DNA from: Syntrophales bacterium
Lineage (GTDB): Bacteria; Desulfobacterota; Syntrophia; Syntrophales; PHBD01
DNA length: 64,000 bases
Direction of reading: 5' to 3'
Assembly (NCBI GenBank): GCA_963668175.1
Contig: OY764159.1
Span: 2,656,001 to 2,720,000 of the forward strand
Position numbers and translations under genes: made by a program. The notes under the pieces are model-generated. The model was not told the origin of the DNA, did no database searches, and saw only the letters and a program-made list of their open reading frames with translations. Shown here one piece after another: positions 29,002-39,046 of the stretch. How positions within the stretch are numbered: position 1 is the first letter of the stretch; each line of letters opens with the position of its first letter.

Positions 29002-31554
29002 TTACGGCGCCTGGCTGCCTATGCTCATGAAGGGGTCGAAGCGGCCCGCGACGGTGGGCGACTGGGCGTTCCTCGTCGCCTTGCGCACGTTCTCCGACAG
29101 GTAGGGGATGAGTTCGCCGAGGGTCACGTGGCCGTCCTTGTTGTAGTCGGCGTCGCCGGAGAGGCCCTTGACGAGATAGTAGGTGAAGACGCCGTGCCCG
29201 CCGCCCCAGCTTTTGCTCTCCTGCGAAAGCTGCTTGTCGTCGGAGGCGCTGATGACGGCCACGCCCTGGCTGGCGCTGGAAAGGGACTGGAACCCGGCGC
29301 TGATGGGGTTGACCTCGACGTTGCGGATGCCCCGGCGGCCCGTGTCGAAGGCGGCCCCGAGGCCCCCGGCGTGGCAGGCGTCGGCGATGACGACGATCTT
29401 CTTGGCCCTGATGAAGCGGCTGATGGCGGTCTTCACGTCCCACATGGGGAATCCGGTCGCAGCGATGTTCTCGTACTTCGTGTCGTAGGAGAGGAGGTAA
29501 AGGTTGTCCGGCGCGTCGGGCGATTCGGGCGACCCGTGGCCGGCGAAGTAGATGGTCACCATGTCGTCCTCCGCGGCCTGCTTGAGCCAGTTGTAGAGGG
29601 CGGCCTTGATGTTCTCGGAGGTCGCCTTATTGTCCAGGAGCAGCCTGACGTTGGCGGGCGCATAGCCGCCGCCCTCGCGCGACACGAGCCAGTTGTTGAA
29701 GGCGCGGGCGTCGGCCGCGGCGTAGCGCAGCCCCGCGATCTTCGAGTCTTTGTATTTCGAGATGCCGACGACGACGGCCCATTTCTTGACCCCCGATTCC
29801 CTCTGCTCCTTTTCCGTGTTCAGGAACGCGTCCTCGCGGCCGGGCCGGGCCGCCTCGGTGACGTTGCCGCCCTTGGCGGCGCTGATCCGCGACGACTTCG
29901 ACACCAGGGTGGGGGAGGCCTTACCGGACTTGGGCCGGGGCGCGATCGCGACGGCCTGGATCTTCTGGGGCTTTTCGTTCAGACGGATCGGGAGCTGGAA
30001 TTGATCGATGCCGCCCTTGCCGCTCTTCTCCCTCACGATCAGGAAGACCGGCAGCTCCTTCTTCGAGACGACGCGCTTGTTGGGCGTCACCGTGATCCAT
30101 ATGTCCTTGGCGGAGCCGGGGGCGATGTCCCCGATGGTTCCGGTGTTGTTGTCGAGATAGATGTTGCGGTCTTTGGATACGACCTCGAAGGAGGCGTTCT
30201 GCGCGGCGCCTTCGCCCGTGTTGCGGAGGGCGATGCGGACCCTTGCCGTTTCGCCCGCCTGCAGCTGGCCGTCCTCGACGATGGCCGCGGTCCCCGCGCC
30301 GGAATCGACGATTTCCATGCCGCCGAAGGCGAGCCGGGCGGGGGCGTATTCGACCGTGTTGATCGTGAGCACGACGGGATCGAGATCGAAGCCGAAATAT
30401 TCCGTCACGACGATCCTGAGTTCATGCTCCGCCGATTTCAACTCCGGCTTTGCCCGCAGGCGGATGGCGACGGTCTTCGTCTCGCCCGGTTCCAGGACGG
30501 ATATCTCGCCCGAGCCGATCTCCATGGCCGGGTCGGGGCGGCCGTCCTCCACGGAGATGGCGACGCCCTGCGCCTTGCCCTTGCCCTTGTTGCTGAGCCG
30601 GACCGTCAGCTCCGCCGTCTCGCCCGCTTTCAGGGTGCCGCTGTCGCTCTGGTCTTTGAAACCGATCTCCGCCGTCAGGTTCGGCGGCAGGCCGCGCTTG
30701 TAATCTGCCGATGCCCCGCCCATGCCCTTGAAGAGGTTGAGGAAGCGGACCGCCAGGTTGCCGTCGCCCGACTGGTTCCGGGCCGTCTCCAGGGCGTCGC
30801 GGAAGGCGCCGTAATTCGGGGACGCTGCGGTCTTGGCGGCGATCTCCTTCGCCAGCATGTCCATGGCCGTTTCCTGCACGATGCTCTCGCGCGTGGCCTT
30901 GACGACGGGATTGACGACCGCCTCGCCGTCACCGGCCGTGCCTAAGAGCGCAGTACCCGCAAGCGGCACAATCACGAGGTCCGCGAGGCCCAGCTTGTAG
31001 ACGGAGCGGTTTTCGTAGTTGTTCACATCGTCGTATTTGGCGGTCCGTGTCTCGATGCGCGCCTTGACGACGACGCTCGGGTAGAGGACGTTGTTCTCGC
31101 CGCCCATGCTGAGAAGCGCGACGCTCTTGCCCTTGTCGTCCGCGCCGCTTTCGATCTTCGTCACCTCGAAGATGACGTCGATGCTTCGGACGAGGACGAT
31201 GAGGTCGGTGGGATTGCCGCCGGCGTAGTTCGTCCGGACGTTCACGTTCTGGAAGATTTCGGCAAACTGCCGCTTGAGCATGGCGGAAAATTCCGCCCGG
31301 TACTTGCTGCTCGCGATCGGCTGGTCGTCGATGACGACGTTGACGAGATCGTGTTTGCTGTCGGCCGCAAATGCGGCGGGGAGGCAGAGGCTGTTGCACA
31401 GAACGGCGGCAAAAAGGAGGAGCGCTGTAAAAAGCAGCCAGCTGGCGATCTTTCGGTCGTGGGTGAGGGAAGGGGCGGAGTGTTGAGTGCAGGCATCCGC
31501 TGCCGCGGCGGCGGCTGAAGGCGGATTGTGGCGCGATGTATTCGTGGAAATCAT
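29002..31554 (-). CDS. Exported caspase-family (C14) protein with CARDB/Ig-like domains
   Basis: Hydrophobic signal-like segment; two L..GETA...L.N.G.G.A repeats; KWAVVVGISKY, YFAGHG and ADACH; start codon uncertain. Confidence 0.88.
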   Translation of the reverse strand: MISTNTSRHNPPSAAAAAADACTQHSAPSLTHDRKIASWLLFTALLLFAAVLCNSLCLPAAFAADSKHDLVNVVIDDQPIASSKYRAEFSAMLKRQFAEIFQNVNVRTNYAGGNPTDLIVLVRSIDVIFEVTKIESGADDKGKSVALLSMGGENNVLYPSVVVKARIETRTAKYDDVNNYENRSVYKLGLADLVIVPLAGTALLGTAGDGEAVVNPVVKATRESIVQETAMDMLAKEIAAKTAASPNYGAFRDALETARNQSGDGNLAVRFLNLFKGMGGASADYKRGLPPNLTAEIGFKDQSDSGTLKAGETAELTVRLSNKGKGKAQGVAISVEDGRPDPAMEIGSGEISVLEPGETKTVAIRLRAKPELKSAEHELRIVVTEYFGFDLDPVVLTINTVEYAPARLAFGGMEIVDSGAGTAAIVEDGQLQAGETARVRIALRNTGEGAAQNASFEVVSKDRNIYLDNNTGTIGDIAPGSAKDIWITVTPNKRVVSKKELPVFLIVREKSGKGGIDQFQLPIRLNEKPQKIQAVAIAPRPKSGKASPTLVSKSSRISAAKGGNVTEAARPGREDAFLNTEKEQRESGVKKWAVVVGISKYKDSKIAGLRYAAADARAFNNWLVSREGGGYAPANVRLLLDNKATSENIKAALYNWLKQAAEDDMVTIYFAGHGSPESPDAPDNLYLLSYDTKYENIAATGFPMWDVKTAISRFIRAKKIVVIADACHAGGLGAAFDTGRRGIRNVEVNPISAGFQSLSSASQGVAVISASDDKQLSQESKSWGGGHGVFTYYLVKGLSGDADYNKDGHVTLGELIPYLSENVRKATRNAQSPTVAGRFDPFMSIGSQAP

Positions 31555-32056
31555 CCGGCAACCCTCTTTCCGGCGCTCCGATAAAGCGCCGCGTATCGGG
31601 ATCGTCAATGCAGCTTCAAAGTCTGAGGAGATGGGCAAAATCAGGGGCGCTGCGGATGGACCGGAAGATGCCTTGTGCGGCCGCTTCCGGTACGGCGTAC
31701 CTCCCCTGAGCGGGTACACCTTATGCGCTATGCATAATAGAATATAAGGACAATGTCAAACACAATCCGGTGCAACTGCCGTCGAAAGCTACCGCAGGCC
31801 GGACGCAAGCGTCAAGCGGCTGTATGCCGGAAACGGTTGCCGCCGGGAATTGGCCGATTCGTTCTCAGAGGGGTGATAGTTTTGCATAATTCATCCCGAA
31901 ATGTTCACTTGATAAGTTCCGTCAATTGTGCAATATTACAGATGATTATCATTGGATTTGTGTCAATCCATGAAGTCCGACGGGTCCGTGTACGGGTTCT
32001 CGAATGGTAAAATAAATTCATTCCGTTCTTCTGCTTTATAATTATGAGGATGTACA

Positions 32057-33565
32057 ATGAGAAAAAAGTTTCCAGGTTATTTCAGACTTACTGAATCGGA
32101 GTTTTTGCAGCTTTGGGAAAATTGCCTTTTTGCCTTCGATACAAACGTTCTAAATAACCTTTACAGGTATACACCAGAAACGAAAGACTCATTCATTAAT
32201 ATAATGCGGAAGGTTTCAAACCGAATATGGCTGCCTTATCAAGTTGCTTTCGAATATCTCAGAGGACGGATATCCATTATCCTAAAACAGAGCAATGCTT
32301 ACGATGAAATACAAATATTTGTTAAAAAAGGGCATGATGCTCTCAGCAAGGAATTAAAGAAATACAGAAAGCATCCATCCATACATATCAACGGAATCCT
32401 GGAGAAATCGAAGCTATTTCTAACAGAAATTGAAGATACATTGACACAGCTTAAAAAAAATCATCCTGATCTTATGAAGGATGACCCAATACAATCAATT
32501 GTTTTAAAATTATTTGATGGAAAAGTTGGTAACGCATTTTCACGCGAGGAGTTATTAGATATCTATAAACAAGGGGAAGAAAGATACAAACTGAAAATAC
32601 CTCCAGGTTATGATGATAAAGATAAGGCTGCGACTGATAAATATGGAGACCTGGTGATTTGGTTTCAACTGATAGCTAAGGCGAAGGAGAATAAACTTCC
32701 CATGATTCTTGTGACGGATGATCGCAAGGAAGACTGGTGGTTGAAAATTAAAGGAAAGGTTATAGGACCGCATCCTGAGCTGGTGCAAGAGTTTTCTGCA
32801 CAGACTGGCGTGACGTTCTATATGTATAGCCCGGACCCTTTCATGGAACACGCCGGGAAGTACCTCAAATATAAGGTAGAGAAGAAGGCTATCAAAGAGG
32901 TGCGAGATGTGCGTCACGAGGATGAAATCGTTAGGCAGGCCAAAAAGAAAGAAGATTTAATGCGGAGCATTATGGGATATTCTGGCTATTCAGGTGTTTC
33001 TGAAAGTCTTATGAAGGCCAGAGAAGAGGCTTTGAGGAGCGTTATGGGATCTTCATCTGCTTTTGAAAGTAGTATGAAGGCCAAAGAAGAGGTCTTGCGG
33101 AGCATTATGGGATCTTCTGGCTATTCAGGTGTTTCTGAAAGTCTTATGAAGGCCAGAGAAGAGGCTTTGAGGAGCGTTATGGGATCTTCATCTGCTTTTG
33201 AAAGTAGTATGAAGGCCAAAGAAGAGGTCTTGCGGAGCATTATGGGATCTTCTGGCTATTCAGGTGTTTCTGAAAGTCTTATGAAGGCCAGAGAAGAGGC
33301 TTTGAGGAGCGTTATGGGATCTTCATCTGCTTTTGAAAGTAGTATGAAGGCCAAAGAAGAGGCCTTGCGGAGCATTATGGGATCTTCTGGCTATTCAGGT
33401 GTTTCCAAAAGTCTTATGAAGGCCGAAGAAGAGGCTTTAATGAGGAGCCTTACGGAATCTCCCGGTTATACAGGAACTGCAACAGATGAATTTCTTAGGC
33501 AAGCCCACGTTACCAAAAAACCAGAGAAAAAAGATAGTTCGGATATTGGCAAGAAAGATAAATAA
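32057..33565 (+). CDS. PIN-like domain protein (DUF4935-like) with C-terminal tandem repeats
   Basis: FDTNVL, IPPGY.D, GDLVIW and VTDDRKEDWW motifs; AT-rich. Confidence 0.88.
   Translation: MRKKFPGYFRLTESEFLQLWENCLFAFDTNVLNNLYRYTPETKDSFINIMRKVSNRIWLPYQVAFEYLRGRISIILKQSNAYDEIQIFVKKGHDALSKELKKYRKHPSIHINGILEKSKLFLTEIEDTLTQLKKNHPDLMKDDPIQSIVLKLFDGKVGNAFSREELLDIYKQGEERYKLKIPPGYDDKDKAATDKYGDLVIWFQLIAKAKENKLPMILVTDDRKEDWWLKIKGKVIGPHPELVQEFSAQTGVTFYMYSPDPFMEHAGKYLKYKVEKKAIKEVRDVRHEDEIVRQAKKKEDLMRSIMGYSGYSGVSESLMKAREEALRSVMGSSSAFESSMKAKEEVLRSIMGSSGYSGVSESLMKAREEALRSVMGSSSAFESSMKAKEEVLRSIMGSSGYSGVSESLMKAREEALRSVMGSSSAFESSMKAKEEALRSIMGSSGYSGVSKSLMKAEEEALMRSLTESPGYTGTATDEFLRQAHVTKKPEKKDSSDIGKKDK
32960..33450 (+). 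repeat. Coding tandem repeat, 135-bp unit x ~3.5 (72+63-bp subunits)
   Basis: gaaagtcttatgaaggcc recurs at about 33002, 33137 and 33272, with a one-base variant at about 33407. Confidence 0.95.
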
Positions 33566-33751
33566 GAAGTTGTTTGTACTCTATCAAATCATAATTCTCA
33601 ATAAGAAGATCATTACAAATCATGTAGTCGTAGGTGAAAGAAACCAACGCCCTTTCAGTCTCTTTCCTGTCACCGCCGGAGAATAAGCCGTTCGATGTCA
33701 ACACAGGTATCGGGCAACGCTTCATCGAAAAGGGAAGCGCCTCCAGGGCGT

Positions 33752-33941
33752 TTTAATTCCTCTGCAACGATTTTCAAAAAGTCGTTTTCAATATCCCCTT
33801 TCCTTCCAAGTACGACTGCGCGGTAAGGACCGTTTGGCAGGCCTTCGGAGAAGACGGTATTTTTTCCGCGGATTCAAACGCGTCGTATCGGTCCGGCAGC
33901 CGGGCGGGGCGGTCCGGAAAGCGGCCTTGCTATATCGTTTC
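33752..33941. repeat. ~190-bp dispersed repeat, copy 1
   Basis: tctgcaacgattttcaaaaagtcgttttcaa...ccgcggattcaaacgcgtcgtatcgg...ggtccggaaagcggccttgc is shared with 36528-36717. Confidence 0.9.
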
Positions 33942-34149
33942 AATTCGATGGATATTCCGCAGTAGCCTCATGCATCGATTGTAACGGATTCAGCCCATCC
34001 AAAGCCCTATCCTGCTACTCTTACCGATATTCTTTGCGATTGAAATTTATATTTCTTACGAGTATAGCATATCTGCATTAACACCTATTATATTATCAGA
34101 CAGCATGCATAGCGCGGATTGACATCCGTGAAATGAAAAAAGGAGATAT

Positions 34150-34389
34150 ATGTTTTTTCTCGTACAGATACCGCCCCTTGCAGCGATACTAATATTGCTG
34201 GGATTTATTGTTCTTGGTGTATTGTTCTTTGTGAGATCGAGAAAATCTCGCACCCGGTACTATTGCCCAACCTGTGATACAAGCATACAGGTTGAACTTA
34301 TGAAAGCGAAGCACTGTAGTATTTGCGGCGCTGCTTTGATTGAAGCTCGACATGACAGAAAGGTTTCGGGAGATTACGACAAGGAGTAA
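34150..34389 (+). CDS. Small membrane-anchored zinc-ribbon protein
   Basis: N-terminal TM; CPTC...CSIC; AGGAG RBS. Confidence 0.75.
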   Translation: MFFLVQIPPLAAILILLGFIVLGVLFFVRSRKSRTRYYCPTCDTSIQVELMKAKHCSICGAALIEARHDRKVSGDYDKE

Positions 34390-34395
34390 TTTATT

Positions 34396-34845
34396 ATGGA
34401 TAGACAGGATTTGATGTCAGGAACGAGAAGAAAAGTGCCTCAGAACAGCGTATGGGTTACTGCCGCCGACCATTTCGACGGTTATCAGATCATGCAGTAT
34501 CATGGATTGGCATGGGGTATCTCCATTCGCGCCCGCAACTTGGGCTCAAACTGCGCAATGGGCTGTCAGCAGATGGCGGGAGGCGAACTTAGTTCATATA
34601 CGGAATTAAGCTATGAAACGCGTCAGCAGGCATTGGATCGCATGATCGATACGGCCAAGCGTCTTGGAGGCAATGCCGTCATCAAGACTCAGTTTGACAT
34701 CTTTGAACAGGGAGAAGGCTCCGTCACGGAAATCATATCGTGGGGTACCGTTGTCACGATTAATCCGATTGAAAATTACGTACCGGTCGGAGCGGTGGGC
34801 AACATTCTTCTTGAAACGAAACACGTCCTTGAATCCAAAACATGA
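34396..34845 (+). CDS. YbjQ (UPF0145) family protein
   Basis: GGELSSYTEL...RQQALDRM...AKRLGGNAVI...GTVV. Confidence 0.88.
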   Translation: MDRQDLMSGTRRKVPQNSVWVTAADHFDGYQIMQYHGLAWGISIRARNLGSNCAMGCQQMAGGELSSYTELSYETRQQALDRMIDTAKRLGGNAVIKTQFDIFEQGEGSVTEIISWGTVVTINPIENYVPVGAVGNILLETKHVLESKT

Positions 34846-35444
34846 AAACAGCCCTGGCATATAAGTTTTTATGGCTGCGGTACTGCTGGTGGTTTGCCTG
34901 GGCACACAAGCCGCTATGCCTGCATTTCCGCCAAGATGTGCTGTGCATTGGAACATTGCGCCTGTGCCGCAGCTGCACGGCGGCTTACGGCGTTGGATTG
35001 GCCGGCGCATTGGCACTGTGGCTATATAGATTTAATCCTGAATATGTTTCCGTTCTTTATGGCTCCGTATTACCCATTACTCTGACACTGTCGTGGCCGC
35101 CCGTGTATAAACGCCTGCCGAGAATCAACCGTGATGTATTGCGTGCCGCGCTGGGTGCGCTCATTCCGGCCACGGTTTATATAGCTCTTTTCGGCAACCT
35201 ATATGTGGCCTGCGCAGGAGCAGGATGTTTGGCGTTGTTCTGGAAAGCTGCAGGCATAAAGAGACAGCAGCACAAATTGCGGAAATGTGAAGGTTGCCCG
35301 GAATGGTCGTCGCAGCGTGCGTGCTCAGGCTACACGCAGCAGCTTTTATCGATTCGGCATTTCCAGGATGAAGCCGTGCTGGTGCGCATCAAACATGGAG
35401 GAATGCCGCCTAGGATACAATCGCAGAATAGAAGGTATGAATAA
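34842..35444 (+). CDS. Cys-rich membrane protein, DUF2085-like
   Basis: AHKPLC...LCRSCTAAYG, several TMs, CEGC; ATGA overlap with the upstream gene. Confidence 0.75.
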   Translation: MKTALAYKFLWLRYCWWFAWAHKPLCLHFRQDVLCIGTLRLCRSCTAAYGVGLAGALALWLYRFNPEYVSVLYGSVLPITLTLSWPPVYKRLPRINRDVLRAALGALIPATVYIALFGNLYVACAGAGCLALFWKAAGIKRQQHKLRKCEGCPEWSSQRACSGYTQQLLSIRHFQDEAVLVRIKHGGMPPRIQSQNRRYE

Positions 35445-35474
35445 GCGTCATTCCCTAACTATGCGGAGGAGTTT

Positions 35475-36512
35475 ATGTCCATGAATCAAAGCGAAGATAA
35501 AGGCACAACTCAAAACAGAAACGATATTTATGTGGATTCTTTTCGGGTGGACGATGCGGAAGGAATCGTGAAGCTTTTCCAGGCAGTATATGGCGAACAC
35601 TATCCCATCCGTCTTTTTTACGAACCCGAAGAACTGATTGCCGCCAACCGGGACGGCCGGTGTTACACGGCGGTCGCGCGTACCGATGCCGGCCGGATCG
35701 TCGGCGCGAGCCATAACTATCGTTCGGCGCCCTACGCGGGACTTTACGAGAACGGTGCATCCATCGTGCTTGCGGAATACAGGAACACAAAGATTTTTCC
35801 CGCTATTTTGTCCTGCCTGCTCGATGAGATCACGCCAAGGCACCGGGATATAGAAGGGTTGTGGGCGGAAATGGTCTGCAACCACATTTTCACACAAAAG
35901 CTGTCTGCCTCCTTCGGTTGCAAAGAGACGGCCATCGAAGTGGCGCTGATGCCCGCGGAAACCTATGAACAGGAGAAGAGCGCCATAGGGCGGGTAGCGG
36001 TGGTTAACTGTTTCCGCTGCTACGTTCCGAAGCCGCACCGCATATTCCTCCCGCCGGCATACGAGACGGTACTGAAAGGCATCTATGGCCGTCTGGACGA
36101 TAAGCGGGAAATCGGCGTCGCCACAGAGACTTTTCCCGCCGGCAAGAAGACAGCGGCAGAATCGACGGTTTACCATTTCGCCCGGGTAGCACGCATGAAT
36201 GTCTCGGAGACAGGCGCTGATTTTGCCGACCGTATCGCCGATCTTGAAGACCGGTCGCGAAAAGAACAAGCCCTTGTTTTCCAGGTATTTCTGAACCTCA
36301 CCGAGCCATGGGTCGGCGAGGCGGTGGATATCCTGCGGAGCCGGGGTTATTTTTTTGGCGGCGCCATGCCGCGCTGGTTTGACGGGGACGGCCTGCTGAT
36401 GCAGAAGCTCGAATGCCCGCCGAATTTTGAAAACATCGTTCTTTTTCTGGATTCATCGAAAGAACTGCTCGCGTTTATTCAGTCGGATTGGGAACGTGCT
36501 GCCGGATCATGA
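35475..36512 (+). CDS. GNAT-like protein
   Basis: DAEGIVKLFQAVYGEHYP, VLAEYR and EMVCNHIFTQK; GGAG RBS. Confidence 0.75.
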   Translation: MSMNQSEDKGTTQNRNDIYVDSFRVDDAEGIVKLFQAVYGEHYPIRLFYEPEELIAANRDGRCYTAVARTDAGRIVGASHNYRSAPYAGLYENGASIVLAEYRNTKIFPAILSCLLDEITPRHRDIEGLWAEMVCNHIFTQKLSASFGCKETAIEVALMPAETYEQEKSAIGRVAVVNCFRCYVPKPHRIFLPPAYETVLKGIYGRLDDKREIGVATETFPAGKKTAAESTVYHFARVARMNVSETGADFADRIADLEDRSRKEQALVFQVFLNLTEPWVGEAVDILRSRGYFFGGAMPRWFDGDGLLMQKLECPPNFENIVLFLDSSKELLAFIQSDWERAAGS

Positions 36513-36527
36513 CCGGTCCTTCATTCA

Positions 36528-36717
36528 TTTAATCGATCTGCAACGATTTTCAAAAAGTCGTTTTCAAAATCTCATTTCCTTTCAGGTACACCTGCGCGCG
36601 AAGGACCGTTTGACACGCTTTCGGAAAAGATGGTATTTTTTCCGCGGATTCAAACGCGTCGTATCGGCCCGGCAGCCGGGCGGAGAGGTCCGGAAAGCGG
36701 CCTTGCCTTATCGTTTC
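36528..36717. repeat. ~190-bp dispersed repeat, copy 2, containing a sigma70-like promoter
   Basis: TTGACA at 36610-36615, 18-bp spacer, TG-n-TATTTT at 36634-36639. Confidence 0.88.
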
Positions 36718-36743
36718 GATGCCTTTATTTCAGGAGCGGCGCC

Positions 36744-37706
36744 ATGACGAAAGAGATTGCATTCACCGATATCGAAGGGATCGAAGTCGGCCATGCCCAG
36801 AATACGGAGGCCGCCACCGGCTGCACGGTAATTCTCTGCCGGGACGGCGCGGCGGCGGGCGTGGACGTCCGCGGGGGCGCGCCGGGCACGCGCGAGACGG
36901 ACCTGCTCGACCCGGTCAACATGGTCCGGACGATCCATGCCGTCCTGCTCGCGGGCGGCAGCGCCTACGGCCTCGATGCGGCGGCGGGCGTCATGCGGTA
37001 TCTCGAAGAAAGGCGGATCGGCTTCGACGTGGGCGTCGCCCGCGTGCCGATCGTCTGCGGCGCGGTGCTCTTCGATCTGGCCTTCGGGGATGCCGGGATA
37101 CGGCCGGACGCGCAAATGGGCTACGAGGCCTGCCTGAATGCGGGGAAGGCCTGCCCCCAGGGCAACGTGGGCGCGGGAACGGGCGCGACGGTGGGGAAGA
37201 TCATGGGCACGGGCCGGTCGATGAAAAGCGGCCTGGGATGCTATGCCCTGCAGGTCGGCGACTTGAAGGTCGGCGCGCTCGTGGCGGTCAACTGCCTGGG
37301 CGACGTGATCGATCCTGCCACCGGCGCGAAACTGGCGGGGTTGCTCGGCGAGGACGGCAAGACCATCGCCGACACGGAAGAGGTCATGATTCAGGCCCAT
37401 GCGGAAAGGAAAGACCTTTTCAGCGGCAACACGACCATCGGCGTCGTGGCGACGAACGCCGCGTTCGACAAGGCGCAGGCGACGAAGCTCGCCTCCATGG
37501 CTCACAACGGCTATGCGAGGACGATGAGGCCGGCCCATTCGATGTACGACGGCGACACGATTTTCGTGCTCTCCACGGGAAGCGTCGGCGCGGATATGAG
37601 CGCCGTCGGCCTTTTGGCCGCCCGTGTCATGGAGCGCGCCGTCGTGAGCGCCGTCCGGAACGCCTCGTCGCTCCACGGCATGAAATGCTGCCGGGAAATG
37701 GCGTAA
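36744..37706 (+). CDS. P1/S58 (DmpA-like) peptidase
   Basis: GVDVRGGAPGTRETDLL, GGSAYGL, G|NTTIGVVAT and DGDTIF; AGGAG RBS. Confidence 0.92.
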   Translation: MTKEIAFTDIEGIEVGHAQNTEAATGCTVILCRDGAAAGVDVRGGAPGTRETDLLDPVNMVRTIHAVLLAGGSAYGLDAAAGVMRYLEERRIGFDVGVARVPIVCGAVLFDLAFGDAGIRPDAQMGYEACLNAGKACPQGNVGAGTGATVGKIMGTGRSMKSGLGCYALQVGDLKVGALVAVNCLGDVIDPATGAKLAGLLGEDGKTIADTEEVMIQAHAERKDLFSGNTTIGVVATNAAFDKAQATKLASMAHNGYARTMRPAHSMYDGDTIFVLSTGSVGADMSAVGLLAARVMERAVVSAVRNASSLHGMKCCREMA

Positions 37707-37890
37707 CCGGTGCATGGATTCCCCTCATGTCGCGGCCGATGAGGGTCATGCCCGACATAACCGATGGGCGGATGTTTCCGAAAACGGCGGCGGGCGGAGC
37801 GCGGACGGCCGAGTCCGTATTTCTTCCGGCACAAGCGGCAAAAATATAAAATATCTCGCGGAAGGCCGCAGCGGACAATCGACAGATAAG

Positions 37891-37935
37891 AAAAGGGCAG
37901 GGCCGAATGTGCCGGACCCTGCCCGTGTTTTTTTT
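37891..37935. terminator. Bidirectional terminator between convergent genes
   Basis: aaaagggcaggg...ccctgccc followed by a T-tract. Confidence 0.65.
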
Positions 37936-37952
37936 AAAGTGCTGCTTGAAGG

Positions 37953-38894
37953 TTATTTCCTGAACTTCTTCCGGGCGACCGCAGCACCCGTCAAGCCGAG
38001 CCCCAGAAGCAACACGGTGGCCGGCTCGGGTACGGGATCGGGATTGGGCTCGGGAGTCTCGCTGCCGTAGACGGCGATGCCGCCGAAGTTGTCCAGCGCA
38101 AAAGAACCAACGGTTCCCAGCACGTTGCCGGAATTGTCGTAACGGGTGATGGATCTTGCCGAGGACACATAAATGCCGGAGTCGTCGACGGCCACGCCGG
38201 CAATGCCGATACCGGAAGGGGTCAGGAAATAACCGGCCACGCCCATCGTGGCCGAATTCAACCTAAAGATGCCGTTCAGGCCGTCCGTCGTGTTGTCGGA
38301 GACGTAGACGATACCGCCGAAGACCGCAAGGCCGCCGAAGCTGTCCGTACCTATGGCATTATAAATCCCCAGCACGTGGCCGGAATTGTCGTAACGGGTG
38401 ACGGACCTGGCCGAGCTCACATAAATGCCGGAGGCGTCGACGGCGATGCCGTTAATGCCGACGCCGGAAGGGGTCAGGAAATAACCGGCCACGCCCATTG
38501 TGCCCGGGTTCAACCTAAAGACGCCGTTCAGGCCGTCCGTCGTGTTGTCGGAGACGTAGACGGTACCGCCGTAGACTGCAAGGCCGCCGAAGTTATCCGT
38601 CCCAAAGCCATTATAGGTCCCCAGGGCGCCGCCGGAACTATTGTAACGGGTGACGGACATTGCCGAACTCACATAAACCCCGGAGCCGTCGACGGCCACA
38701 CCGGCAATAGCGACACCGGAGGGCGTCAGGAAAGAACCGGTCCCGCCCATCGTATCCGAATTCACCATAACGATGCCGTTCAGGCCGGCCGTCGTGTTGT
38801 CGGCGACGTACACCGTGGACGCCGCTCTCGCGCTGCCTGAAAAGACAACAAACACGAACAAAATACTCAAGAATAAGGATGCAAGCTTTTTCAC
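37953..38894 (-). CDS. PEP-CTERM surface protein built from 3 x 84-aa repeats (probable 6-bladed propeller)
   Basis: Signal peptide; C-terminal VPEPATVLLLGLGLTGAAVARKKFRK; 252-bp DNA period (38271/38523/38775). Confidence 0.93.
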   Translation of the reverse strand: MKKLASLFLSILFVFVVFSGSARAASTVYVADNTTAGLNGIVMVNSDTMGGTGSFLTPSGVAIAGVAVDGSGVYVSSAMSVTRYNSSGGALGTYNGFGTDNFGGLAVYGGTVYVSDNTTDGLNGVFRLNPGTMGVAGYFLTPSGVGINGIAVDASGIYVSSARSVTRYDNSGHVLGIYNAIGTDSFGGLAVFGGIVYVSDNTTDGLNGIFRLNSATMGVAGYFLTPSGIGIAGVAVDDSGIYVSSARSITRYDNSGNVLGTVGSFALDNFGGIAVYGSETPEPNPDPVPEPATVLLLGLGLTGAAVARKKFRK

Positions 38895-38959
38895 GACGAA
38901 ACCCTCCCCGTAAGTATTCAATGGATCTTAAAATGCTTCATATTATTTGTGTATATAAT

Positions 38960-39046
38960 AGCACATTGCATGCCATTTGTACAACTAATGGATATAATAA
39001 CTATATTGATTTTCTGATCTGTCCGCTGCTATGGCGAAACTGTAAA
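38960..39046 (-). promoter_or_regulatory. Sigma54 promoter plus upstream TTTACA activator-type site
   Basis: Minus strand TGGCATGCAATGTGC (GG-N10-GC) at about 38961-38975; TTTACA at 39041-39046. Confidence 0.75.

Noticed and set aside
32960..33450. Regular repeat array as a possible CRISPR
   Set aside because: Units are in-frame multiples of 3 within a CDS, there are no unique spacers, and no cas genes are present.
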